From Gemmatimonadales bacterium (GTDB taxonomy: Bacteria > Gemmatimonadota > Gemmatimonadetes > Gemmatimonadales > GWC2-71-9), in assembly GCA_050733195.1 (NCBI GenBank), contig JBOHSH010000003.1, forward strand, positions 908 through 64,907: 64,000 nucleotides of DNA, in the 5' to 3' direction. Below, one piece after another: positions 1 to 8,153 of this stretch. Position numbers and translations under genes: made by a program. The notes under the pieces are model-generated. The model was given only the letters and a program-made list of their open reading frames with translations. It was not told the DNA's origin and did no database searches. Numbering within the stretch: the first letter of the stretch is position 1; each line of letters starts with the position of its first letter.

Positions 1-2
1 GC

Positions 3-569
3 GGAAGGCTCCTCTCACCGGCGAGCTACCGCGAGCTCGTGACGCCGGGAACCCTCAACGACGGCACCGTGCTCCGGTACGCCAAGGGCCTCGCGACGGA
101 TTCGATGCTGGGGCGTCCGGCCCTGCAGCACGGCGGCGGGATCCACGGGTTCCTGAGCGACCTCAAGTACTTCCCGGCCGACTCCCTGCACATCGCCGTG
201 CTCGTCAACACCGCCGGTCCGGTGAATCCGGGGGCGATCGGCACGGCCATCGCCCGGCTGATCCTGGGACCGGTGCCGCCTCCGACCGGCGTGGCGTTCA
301 CCGGCAATGCGGACGACTACACCGGCACCTTCCATGGGCCGGCCCGCGGCGGTCCGGCGAGCGTCACCATCGCGAAGGACTCGACCGGCGCCCTCACCTG
401 GAGGCTGCGCAACGGCCAGCCGGCCCGCATGCTCTACTTCGGCGGCGAGCAGTTCCGCGTAGGCACCCTCCGCCTGCTGTTCGTGCGCGAGCAGGGCCGC
501 GTGACCCGAATCCGCGCCGATTTCGGCGCGGGCTTCTCCACCTTCGTCGCCGGCGGAAAGGCGAACTAG
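3..569 (+). CDS. serine hydrolase (beta-lactamase family), C-terminal fragment; 5' end is outside the window
   Basis: The frame is open from nt 3; the track ORF 39..569 begins at an internal GTG. The segment LATDSMLGRPALQHGGGIHGFLSD...VLVNT resembles the C-terminal half of class C beta-lactamase-type serine hydrolases. Stop TAG at 567-569. Confidence 0.55.
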   Translation, partial: GRLLSPASYRELVTPGTLNDGTVLRYAKGLATDSMLGRPALQHGGGIHGFLSDLKYFPADSLHIAVLVNTAGPVNPGAIGTAIARLILGPVPPPTGVAFTGNADDYTGTFHGPARGGPASVTIAKDSTGALTWRLRNGQPARMLYFGGEQFRVGTLRLLFVREQGRVTRIRADFGAGFSTFVAGGKAN

Positions 570-2578
570 GGCACCAGGACCGGTTTCTCCACGGCTCCTT
601 CGCCGAGGACCTTCCTGGAGAAAAAGGCGTACTCCCGCTTCATCTTGTCGAGCTGAAGCCGGGGCTCGGCGAGCCCGTGACCCTGCCGCGGGTACACGAC
701 CATCTCGACCGGCACGCCGTTCTTGCGAAGGCCCATGTAGAGCTCCTGCGCCTGCCCGATCGGCACGCGAAGGTCATTGGCCCCGTGCATGATGAGGGTC
801 GGCGTCTTCGCCTGCTTGATGTAGACCATGGCGGAGGCGCGGCGGTACGCCTCCTCGTCGTCCCACGGCTCGGCCCCGAAGTACTCCTCGAGCGTCGTCT
901 GCAGATCGTTGGTCGAGTACATCGAGTACATGTTGGTGAGCCCCGCGCCGACCATCACGCCCTTGAAGCGATCGGTCTGCGTGAGGGTCCAGGCGGTCAT
1001 GTACCCGCCGTAGCTCCAGCCGCTCTGTCCCAGCCGCGCCGGGTCGGCGATGCCGCGTCGCACGAGCTCGTCGAGGCCCGTCTGGATGTCGCGGTAATCG
1101 CCGCCGCCCCAGTCGCGGACGTTCGCCAGCAGGAAGGACTCTCCGTAGCCCGACGATCCCCGCACGTTGGGATAGAACGCCACCCAGCCTTTCCCGGCCC
1201 AGACGTGACCGTAGTTGCCCCAGCTCCCGGGGAACCCCTGCGTCCAGGCGCCGGCCGGCCCGCCGTGGATGAACGCGATGGTGGGGTAGCGGCGGCCCGG
1301 CTGATAGTCCGGCGGGTACAGGACCAGGCCCTCGATCTCCATCCCGTCACTGCTCTTCCATCGCACGACCTCGCTCCGTCCGAGCGCGAGCGACCGGACG
1401 TCCGGGTTATGGTCGGTGAGGCGCCGGGGCTCCGACGCCCCGGCGAGACGCGTGACGTACACCTCGGCCGGGTTTCGCACCTCGGCGACCGTGAAGGCCA
1501 GCGTGACGCCGTCGCCGGCGAGGGAGCCTCCGCTCATCACGCCCGCGCGGTCCGTGAGCTGCCGGGGCGACCCCCCTGCCGACGGCACGCTCCACAGCTG
1601 GGTCGTCGTCCGGACCCCGGCGGTGAAGTAGAGCGTGCGGCCGTCCGGGGACCAGAGGGGCGAGCCGGGCTGATACAGAAAGCCGGTGGTCACCTGGCGA
1701 GGGGCGCCGCCTTCGGCCGCGACGATCATCAGATCCTGCTGGCCGGTCGCGACCTTGCCGTCCCGCCGGCTCAGGTACGCGATCCACCGCCCGTCGGGCG
1801 ACCAGCGGGGCGATCCGTCGGGCCCGGGATTGTCGATGAGCTTCCGGCTCTTCCCGGTCGCCACCTCCACGACGTGGATGTCGGCGAGCCCCGAGTCATC
1901 CGCCTTCGGCGAAGGCGTGAGGACGTAGGCGAGGTGCCGGCCGTCCGGCGACCAGCGGGGGTCGCTCGCCTGGAAGTCTCCGCTCGCGACCTCGCTCGAC
2001 TTCTTCGACTCGACCTCGATCACCCAGATGCGGGAGAACCGGAATTCCGCGTCGACGACCTGCGCGTCGTCGCGCTCGCGCCGGCGCCGCTGCTCTTCCG
2101 GCGTGGAGTCGCGCTGCGCGACGAACGCGATGCGCCCGCCGTCCGGGGACCAGGCGAAGGCCTGCACGCCCGCGCGCGAGTCGGTGAGCTTGTCGGCCTC
2201 GCCTCCGGTCGGGGAGATGAGCCAGACCTGGTTCCGCTCCTCCCTCGCCGAGACGAACGCAATGCGGCTTCCATCCGGCGACCAGCGCGGCGAGTTGTCG
2301 GCCTTGCGGCTGTTGGTGAGCCGCCACGGCCGGCCTCCGGCCGTGGAGACGAGCCAGATGTCGGTATCGAAGCCGTTCTCCTTGAAGTCCGCGACGGAAA
2401 CGACGTACGCCACCCACTTGCCGTCGGGCGAGATCTGCGGGTCGGAGACGTTCTTGAGCGCGAGCACGTCGTCCGGCGTCATCGGCCTGGGAGCCGGCGC
2501 CGGAGCGGCGGGTTGCTGGGCACGGCCGGCGGCCGGCACCAGGCCCAAGGCCGCCAGAAGGAGCGCGGAGCGAAGCAT
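566..2578 (-). CDS. S9 family serine peptidase (prolyl oligopeptidase / acylaminoacyl-peptidase type) with N-terminal beta-propeller
   Basis: Track ORF 566..2656. Start moved to ATG 2578, which gives the signal peptide MLRSALLLAALGLVPAAGRAQQ. Repeated SPDG/WSPDG propeller blades, nucleophile motif GWSYGG, and a C-terminal Asp/His region (GANDLRV, GHG). Confidence 0.85.
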   Translation of the reverse strand: MLRSALLLAALGLVPAAGRAQQPAAPAPAPRPMTPDDVLALKNVSDPQISPDGKWVAYVVSVADFKENGFDTDIWLVSTAGGRPWRLTNSRKADNSPRWSPDGSRIAFVSAREERNQVWLISPTGGEADKLTDSRAGVQAFAWSPDGGRIAFVAQRDSTPEEQRRRRERDDAQVVDAEFRFSRIWVIEVESKKSSEVASGDFQASDPRWSPDGRHLAYVLTPSPKADDSGLADIHVVEVATGKSRKLIDNPGPDGSPRWSPDGRWIAYLSRRDGKVATGQQDLMIVAAEGGAPRQVTTGFLYQPGSPLWSPDGRTLYFTAGVRTTTQLWSVPSAGGSPRQLTDRAGVMSGGSLAGDGVTLAFTVAEVRNPAEVYVTRLAGASEPRRLTDHNPDVRSLALGRSEVVRWKSSDGMEIEGLVLYPPDYQPGRRYPTIAFIHGGPAGAWTQGFPGSWGNYGHVWAGKGWVAFYPNVRGSSGYGESFLLANVRDWGGGDYRDIQTGLDELVRRGIADPARLGQSGWSYGGYMTAWTLTQTDRFKGVMVGAGLTNMYSMYSTNDLQTTLEEYFGAEPWDDEEAYRRASAMVYIKQAKTPTLIMHGANDLRVPIGQAQELYMGLRKNGVPVEMVVYPRQGHGLAEPRLQLDKMKREYAFFSRKVLGEGAVEKPVLVP

Positions 2579-2693
2579 GGGGAACGGCCTCGATGCCGAT
2601 GAGGGGAACTCTGAAGGTGGCTCGGGCCGCCCCGAGGCGCTAGGTTCGGTCCGCACGCTACCCTCATTCCAGTCTGATCACGTGACCGACGTC

Positions 2694-3698
2694 ATGCCGG
2701 GCCGGATCCCTCCCGCCTCGACGGAGGATCCGGTCGAGTCGGACCGCCAGGGTATCGCCGCCTTCAACCGGGCGGTGGGAGCCCTGGACCCGGCGATGGT
2801 CGATGTCGCCATCGCCTCCGCACGCGAGGCGTTCGGGCCCATCCCCGCACCGATCTGCGAGGTCTCCGCGACCGCCGACCTGCTGGCGCTCGATCTGCAA
2901 CGCGCGGTCCAGCGGCGCGTGCGCCGTCTCTACACCTGGCTCGGCGCGGCGCTCGTCGTATTCGGCGTGACGAACCTCTTCGAGTACGCGGTCGTCGCCT
3001 ACGTCGTGGCCCTGGGCGTGCTCGCGCTGGTGGTGTACCGCTTCCGCCGGGCGCGCGAGGAGGACCGCTTCCTCGATTACCGCGCCCTCGCCGAGGGCCT
3101 CCGCGTGCTCGGCTGGTGGCGGGCGGCCGGCATCGAGGCGAGCGCCGCGGAGCGCTATCCCGGCCGGCATCAGGAGGCGATCGGCTGGGTGCGTGCGGCC
3201 GTGGCCGCCATCGAACGGGCCGCCGGCTCCTCCGGGGCCGCACTGCCCGACGTCGGCCGGGTGCGCTCGCGATGGGTGCGCGACCAGGCCGAATACTTCC
3301 GGCGCAAGAGCGACCAGGTGCGCGGGGCGGCTCGCCGCTGGGACCGGGTCCTCGGCGTGGCGGTCGCACTGAGCATCGCGGTGGCCATCGGTTACGCCGC
3401 GACCCTCATGCTCTTCGACGCGGCCGGCACCCTTGCCGGACCCCGCTTCCAGTCCATGCTCGGAGTCATTGCCGGGGTGGGGGTGACAGCCCAGGCCTAT
3501 CAGACCAAGCAGGGGTACGCGGAGCTGGCGAACCAGTTCCGCCTCATGCACCGGCTGTTCGAGCAGGCGGACCAGGACCTCGAAGCCCGTCCCGGACGCG
3601 CCCGGGAGATTCTCCTTCGTCTCGGCGACGAGGCTCTCCAGGAGAACACGGAATGGCTCGCCTATCACCGCCGACATCCCGTCGAGCTCGTGACGTGA
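2694..3698 (+). CDS. hypothetical membrane protein with two 2-TM hairpins, possibly SLATT/DUF4231-like
   Basis: Track ORF 2028..3698; the upstream part overlaps the S9 gene on the other strand. First plausible start is ATG 2694 (alternative GTG 2682). TM pairs are LGAALVVFGVTNLFEYAVVAYVVALGVLALVVY and VLGVAVALSIAVAIGYAATL...MLGVIAGVGVTAQAY. The RDQAEYFRRKS motif before the second pair recalls DUF4231/SLATT; this is from memory, not a search. Confidence 0.6.
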   Translation: MPGRIPPASTEDPVESDRQGIAAFNRAVGALDPAMVDVAIASAREAFGPIPAPICEVSATADLLALDLQRAVQRRVRRLYTWLGAALVVFGVTNLFEYAVVAYVVALGVLALVVYRFRRAREEDRFLDYRALAEGLRVLGWWRAAGIEASAAERYPGRHQEAIGWVRAAVAAIERAAGSSGAALPDVGRVRSRWVRDQAEYFRRKSDQVRGAARRWDRVLGVAVALSIAVAIGYAATLMLFDAAGTLAGPRFQSMLGVIAGVGVTAQAYQTKQGYAELANQFRLMHRLFEQADQDLEARPGRAREILLRLGDEALQENTEWLAYHRRHPVELVT

Positions 3699-4840
3699 GC
3701 GGACGGCCCGGACGGCTCCCCTGCCAGCGGGAGCGATTCGACATCCCCGCCGACGTGGCGTACTTCAACTGCGCCTACATGTCGCCCCTGCCCCGCAGCG
3801 TCCGCGAGGCGGGCGAGCGGGCAGCCGGCACCAAGTCCCGGCCCTGGGAGATCCGGCCCGCGGACTTCTTCGAGGCGACCGATCGCGCGCGGGACGCGTT
3901 CGCCCGGCTCCTCGGCGCCGAGCCCGCCGGCGTCGCCGTCATCCCGTCGGCGAGCTACGGCATGGCGACGGCCGCGCGCAATACGCCTCTGGCGCGGGGT
4001 CAGCGGGTCCTCATGCTCGACGGGGAGTTCCCGTCGACGATCTACGCGTGGCGTGCACGGGCCGAGGTGGCCGGGGCGGAAGCCGTCCTCCTTCCGCGGC
4101 CTGAAGACCATGACTGGACGCGCGTGGTGCTTTCGGCGATCGACGAGCGGACGGGCGCGGCCGCGCTCCCGCACTGCCACTGGACCGACGGTGCCCTCCT
4201 CGATCTGCCCGCGATCGCCGGCCGGCTGCGCGATGCCGGCGCGGTGCTGGCGCTCGATGTCACCCAGTCACTCGGCGTTCTGCCCTTCGACTTCGCGGGG
4301 GTCGAGCCCGACTGGCTGGTGACCGCCGCCTACAAATGGCTGCTCGGACCGTACAGCGTGGGCTTCCTGTACGCCGCGCCCGGACGCCGGGACGGCGACC
4401 CTCTCGAGCTCACCTGGATGGCGCGAGAGGGCTCGGAGGACTTTTCCAGCCTGGTCCAGTATCAGGAGGGCTTTCAACCCGGCGCCCGCCGTTACGACGT
4501 CGGCGAGGCGTCCAACTTCGGCCTGCTCCCCATGGCGGTCGAGGCGCTGCGGCAGATTGTCGAATGGGGGGTGCCGCAGATTCAGGCGGCCGTTGGCGAC
4601 CTCGTCGAAGCGATCGTGGCGGGCGCGGAGCCGCTCGGCTATCGCGCGGTGCCGAGGACTCTCCGAGCCGGACATTATCTCGGCCTTCGGAGGGAGGGCG
4701 GACTTCCACCCGACCTCGCGGACCGGCTCACCACGCGCCGCATCTACGCCAGCGTGCGCGGCGACGCGCTCCGGGTGACGCCCCACCTCTACAACGACGG
4801 CCGGGACGTCACGCGCCTGCTCGACGCGCTGGCGGAGTGA
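3695..4840 (+). CDS. class V aminotransferase-fold PLP enzyme (cysteine desulfurase / isopenicillin-N epimerase-like)
   Basis: GTG 3695 is in frame with track ORF 3116..4840 and overlaps the upstream stop (GTGA). Motifs FNCAYMSP, SASYGMA and AAYKWLLGPYSVGFLY are typical of the class V fold. Confidence 0.8.
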   Translation: MSGRPGRLPCQRERFDIPADVAYFNCAYMSPLPRSVREAGERAAGTKSRPWEIRPADFFEATDRARDAFARLLGAEPAGVAVIPSASYGMATAARNTPLARGQRVLMLDGEFPSTIYAWRARAEVAGAEAVLLPRPEDHDWTRVVLSAIDERTGAAALPHCHWTDGALLDLPAIAGRLRDAGAVLALDVTQSLGVLPFDFAGVEPDWLVTAAYKWLLGPYSVGFLYAAPGRRDGDPLELTWMAREGSEDFSSLVQYQEGFQPGARRYDVGEASNFGLLPMAVEALRQIVEWGVPQIQAAVGDLVEAIVAGAEPLGYRAVPRTLRAGHYLGLRREGGLPPDLADRLTTRRIYASVRGDALRVTPHLYNDGRDVTRLLDALAE

Positions 4841-4843
4841 GTC

Positions 4844-5530
4844 TCAGGAGGCGCGCCGGCGCGGGACCGGCGCCTTCCTCCCGTGGTCGATCTCGAACCG
4901 GCAGCTCGGCCGGCCGGAGCGGTCGCAGACATCGCGCACGGGCAGACCGAGGGCGCCTTCCAGCAACGCCGATACCGCATGGCACACCGACGGGGATACG
5001 GAAACGGCCTCGCCCACCGGGCACCCCGCCGCCCGGATCGTGGTCCGGTCCCGACCTGAATCGGCCTCGACGGATCCTCCCAGCAGCGTCAGCAGCCGGA
5101 CGGCGCGCCCCGCCGCTCCGCCGGCAGTCCCTCCCTCCGCGGCCAGGTCCCGCCCCAGGCGCGCCCCGGCTTCCCTGAGCAGCGCGTCCAGCCGGGGGCG
5201 CCGCTCGCGCTCGGCGAGCACGGCGAGCAGCGCGATGAGCACCGGCCGGTAGGCGCTCGACAGGAGCGACTCCGTCTCGGGGGCGAGGACATAAAGGAGC
5301 GCCGGCTTTCCCGGCCCCTTCGGGCGCCGCACCCCTTCCGCACGAATCCACCCGTCCCGCTCGAGCGTAGCCAGATGCGCGCGCACCCCGTTCTCGGTGA
5401 GGCCGAGCAGCCCGGCGAGCTCGTCCACCGCGGCCGGGCCCCGGCGCAGCCGGGCCACGATCCGGCCGCGGCTCGACCGCCAGAATCGCTCCGTCCAGGG
5501 GGAGACCGGCATCGGGGCTCCGGGTGGCAT
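4844..5530 (-). CDS. ArsR-type winged-helix transcriptional regulator with C-terminal four-Cys putative sensor domain
   Basis: Track ORF 4844..5566 starts at TTG; ATG 5530 is preferred. HTH segment is RIVARLRRGPAAVDELAGLLGLTENGVRAHLATLERDGWI. The C-terminus carries GCPVGE...VCHAV...DVCDRSGRPSCRF. Confidence 0.7.
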   Translation of the reverse strand: MPPGAPMPVSPWTERFWRSSRGRIVARLRRGPAAVDELAGLLGLTENGVRAHLATLERDGWIRAEGVRRPKGPGKPALLYVLAPETESLLSSAYRPVLIALLAVLAERERRPRLDALLREAGARLGRDLAAEGGTAGGAAGRAVRLLTLLGGSVEADSGRDRTTIRAAGCPVGEAVSVSPSVCHAVSALLEGALGLPVRDVCDRSGRPSCRFEIDHGRKAPVPRRRAS

Positions 5531-5651
5531 GGGCCGAAGCGTAGCGGGAACGGGCCCACAAGACAATATCTACAGTACTTTCTTGACTTATTAGGAATAC
5601 TCCGATAGGTTGCAGGCGTCCCTGCGGAACGTCCCCCCACAAGGAGTGCCC

Positions 5652-6182
5652 ATGTTGCATCGCATCGTGATCCTGGGCCTGGCCGCCGGCCTCGCCGGCT
5701 CCGGCTCCCCTCCCCGCTCCACTCAGGCGCCGTCGCTGGACGACGCGACCATCGTCGCCATCTTCGACGGCGCCAATACCGCGGACATCGAGACCGGCCG
5801 GCTGGCGGAGCAGCGCGGCGCCTCCAAGGAAGTCCGCGCCCTCGGCACCGCCCTCGCCCGCGATCATCACGGCGTGCGCCAGCAGGCCCGCGATCTGGCG
5901 AAGCGCCTCGGCGTCACCCCGACGCCGCCCACGCCCGACCCCTACGCCGCCGCCCACGCGAAGGCGATGGCCGCGCTCTCGGCCAGGCAGGGCGCGGAGT
6001 TCGACCGGGCGTTCCTGGAGCACGAGATCGCCTTTCACCAGGCGGTGATCGACGCCGTCAAGGGAACGCTGCTGCCCGCGATCCGGAATGCCGAGGTGAA
6101 GGCGTTCGTCGAGAAGATCGCGCCCGCCTTCCAGGCCCATCTCGACCTCGCCAAGGCCACCAAGGCGCAGCTCGGCTACTGA
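5652..6182 (+). CDS. DUF4142 domain-containing secreted protein
   Basis: Track ORF 5610..6182; ATG 5652 gives the signal peptide MLHRIVILGLAAGLAGS. DUF4142-like pattern: DATIVAIFDGANTADIETGRLA...ALARDHHGV...FDRAFLEHEIAFHQAVIDAV. Confidence 0.8.
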   Translation: MLHRIVILGLAAGLAGSGSPPRSTQAPSLDDATIVAIFDGANTADIETGRLAEQRGASKEVRALGTALARDHHGVRQQARDLAKRLGVTPTPPTPDPYAAAHAKAMAALSARQGAEFDRAFLEHEIAFHQAVIDAVKGTLLPAIRNAEVKAFVEKIAPAFQAHLDLAKATKAQLGY

Positions 6183-6202
6183 CCCCGGGCGAGATCGGAC
6201 CC

Positions 6203-6247
6203 CGCGCCGGGCCCGGGCAGCCGGGCCCGGCGCGTGGTCTCGTTTTC
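6203..6247 (+). terminator. rho-independent terminator after the first DUF4142 gene
   Basis: Perfect 14-bp stem CGCGCCGGGCCCGG (6203-6216) / CCGGGCCCGGCGCG (6221-6234) with loop GCAG, followed by TGGTCTCGTTTTCC. Confidence 0.75.
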
Positions 6248-6326
6248 CGCCGCTTCGTGACGGACGTGGCGGAGCCCCCCGGGCGGCGACGTCTCCTTCT
6301 GGGGATTCACCTGTCGGAGGCTCCGA

Positions 6327-6923
6327 ATGCGTCACCGCCGTCTCGTCATCATCCTGGGCCTCGTCGCCGGCTCACCGGCGTTCGGCCTTTCTCTCGCCGC
6401 GCAGTATCCGCCGCGTCCCGCGGAGCCCAGGCAGGACACGACGAGCCGGAGCCGGCCGAAGGATCATCCGCGCCTCACCGACGCGAACATCTTCGCGGTG
6501 TTCGACCGGGCCAACCTTGCCGAGGTGGAGATCGGCAAGCTGGCCGAGAAGCAGGGGTCGACCGCCGAGGTCCGGGACATCGGAGCGATGCTGGTCCGGG
6601 ACCACACCAAGAAGCGCGAGACCGCGCAGGAGCTGGCCAAGAAGCTCGGTATTACGCCGACGCTGCCGCCCGACGGCAAGGATGCCGAGGACCATACGGC
6701 GAAGCTCAAGGATCTCGGCGACAAGAAGGGCACCGACTTCGACAAGGCCTTCCTCGAGATCACGATCGGGATGCACGAGCAGACGCTCGAGGACGTGAGA
6801 GAGAAGCTCATCCCCGCCGCGACGAACCCGGAGCTCAAGGCGCTCCTCGAGCAGGGGCTGCCCGGCGTTCAGGCGCACCTCGACCGGCTCCAGTCGGCGA
6901 AAACGCGAATCGCCGCCCGGTGA
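6327..6923 (+). CDS. DUF4142 domain-containing secreted protein (paralog of 5652..6182)
   Basis: ATG 6327 preceded by GGAGG. Signal peptide MRHRRLVIILGLVAGSPAFGLSLAAQ. Same pattern as the neighbour: DANIFAVFDRANLAEVEIGKLA...MLVRDHTKK...FDKAFLEITIGMHEQTLEDV. Confidence 0.8.
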   Translation: MRHRRLVIILGLVAGSPAFGLSLAAQYPPRPAEPRQDTTSRSRPKDHPRLTDANIFAVFDRANLAEVEIGKLAEKQGSTAEVRDIGAMLVRDHTKKRETAQELAKKLGITPTLPPDGKDAEDHTAKLKDLGDKKGTDFDKAFLEITIGMHEQTLEDVREKLIPAATNPELKALLEQGLPGVQAHLDRLQSAKTRIAAR

Positions 6924-6935
6924 GCCGAACGGGGA

Positions 6936-6964
6936 TTGACGGGGGATCGGCCGCGGGAGATACT
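6936..6964 (+). promoter_or_regulatory. candidate sigma-70-type promoter of the aroF-trp operon
   Basis: TTGACG (6936-6941), a 17-nt spacer, then GATACT (6959-6964). The leader-peptide ATG at 6971 lies about 7 nt downstream of the -10 box. Confidence 0.45.
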
Positions 6965-6970
6965 ACCGGC

Positions 6971-7045
6971 ATGCGACCGTCCCGGATGCAGGCCTGGTGG
7001 CCCTGGCGCGGATCCACCCGCGGTGGGCCGGAGTGCGTCTGGTGA
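6971..7045 (+). CDS. trp operon leader peptide (24 codons, 4 Trp)
   Basis: MRPSRMQAWWPWRGSTRGGPECVW. Tandem UGG UGG at 6995-7000, UGG at 7004-7006, and UGG at 7040-7042 as the last sense codon. It is followed by alternative hairpins and a terminator, directly upstream of aroF-trpEGD(CF)BA. Confidence 0.6.
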   Translation: MRPSRMQAWWPWRGSTRGGPECVW

Positions 7046-7074
7046 TCGGTTAGCACCAACGAGCGCAGATCCCG

Positions 7075-7108
7075 CGAGCCCGCCGCAGCCAGGCGGGCTC
7101 GTTGTTTT
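7075..7108 (+). terminator. attenuator terminator upstream of aroF
   Basis: 10-bp stem CGAGCCCGCC (7075-7084) / GGCGGGCTCG (7092-7101) followed by TTGTTTT (7102-7108). It lies 32 nt before the aroF start. Confidence 0.7.
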
Positions 7109-7139
7109 CCCCGGACCACCGGGCGGAGGCCCGGAGCTC

Positions 7140-8153
7140 ATGATCATCGTCCTCAAGCCGCACGCGACCAGGGAGCATGCCGAGGAGCTGATGCAGCGCA
7201 TCGCGGCGCTGGGGCTCCGCCCCCTCTACATGCCGGGCCAGGAGCGGGTCGTGCTGGGCGCGCTCGGCGACGAGCGCGCCATCGAGAGCCTGCACCTCGA
7301 CAGCGATCCGATGGTGGAGAGCGTCAAGCCGATTCTCGCACCCTACAAGCTGGTAGGGCGCGACATGCACCCGCACGACACGATCGTCGAGATCGGGGGC
7401 GTCCCCGTGGGGGGCGGGCGGTTCACGGTCATCGCGGGGCCGTGCGCGGTCGAGTCGGAAGCGCAGATGCGGGACACCGCCCGGGCGGTGAAGGCGGCGG
7501 GGGCGCACGCGCTGCGCGGAGGGGCGTACAAGCCGCGCACCAGCCCCTACTCGTTCCAGGGGCTGGGCCGGCACGCGCTCGAGATCCTCCGGACCGTCTC
7601 GGCGGAGACCGGGCTCCCGACGGTCACGGAAGTCGTCGACGTCGGCGACGTGGAGCTGGTGGACGGCTATGCCGACGCGTTCCAGTCGGGCGCGCGCAAC
7701 ATGCAGAACTACCGCCTCCTCCAGGCGCTCGGGCGGAGCCGCAAGCCGGTCATCCTCAAGCGGGGCATGGCGGCCAAGGTGGAGGACCTGCTTCTCGCCG
7801 CGGAGTACATCCTCGCCGAAGGGAATCCCCACGTGATTCTCTGCGAGCGCGGCATCACGACCTTCGAGACGGCGACACGGAACACGCTCGATCTGAACGC
7901 CATCCCGCTGATCAAGCAGCGGAGTCATCTCCCCGTGCTGGTCGACCCCTCGCACGGGACCGGGCTCCGCGAGCTGGTCGCCCCGATGGCGAAGGCGGCG
8001 CTCGCCTGCGGCGCGGACGGACTCCTGGTCGAGGTGCACTGTGATCCGCCCAACGCACTCTCCGACGGGCGCCAGTCCCTGTTCCCCGCGCAGTTCGAGT
8101 CCCTGATGCGCGAGCTCAAGCCGATCGCGATGGCGGTCGGCAAGGAGCTCTGA
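7140..8153 (+). CDS. aroF: 3-deoxy-7-phosphoheptulonate (DAHP) synthase, type I-beta, with N-terminal ferredoxin-like regulatory domain
   Basis: Track ORF 6936..8153; ATG 7140 is preceded by GGAGG. The N-terminus MIIVLKPHATREHAEELMQRI and the core VIAGPCAVESEAQ...GGAYKPRTSPYSFQGLG...DPSH match the Thermotoga-type DAHPS architecture. Confidence 0.9.
   Translation: MIIVLKPHATREHAEELMQRIAALGLRPLYMPGQERVVLGALGDERAIESLHLDSDPMVESVKPILAPYKLVGRDMHPHDTIVEIGGVPVGGGRFTVIAGPCAVESEAQMRDTARAVKAAGAHALRGGAYKPRTSPYSFQGLGRHALEILRTVSAETGLPTVTEVVDVGDVELVDGYADAFQSGARNMQNYRLLQALGRSRKPVILKRGMAAKVEDLLLAAEYILAEGNPHVILCERGITTFETATRNTLDLNAIPLIKQRSHLPVLVDPSHGTGLRELVAPMAKAALACGADGLLVEVHCDPPNALSDGRQSLFPAQFESLMRELKPIAMAVGKEL

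Noticed and set aside
677-2602. A 641-aa ORF on the plus strand opposite the S9 peptidase gene.
   Set aside because: It is an Arg/Gly/Pro/Ala/Asp-rich, low-complexity translation with no motif. It lies fully antisense to a gene with clear catalytic motifs. This is the typical long shadow ORF of a high-GC genome.
5583-5611. A possible promoter, TTGACT-17 nt-TAGGTT, for the first DUF4142 gene.
   Set aside because: The -10 hexamer matches the consensus at only 3 of 6 positions, and there is no supporting evidence, so I did not list it as a feature.
6257-6970. The long ORF 6257..7045 (262 aa), which runs across the second DUF4142 gene in another frame.
   Set aside because: Only its last 24 codons (6971-7045) make sense, as the Trp leader peptide. 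The remainder overlaps a well-supported gene and is low-complexity.
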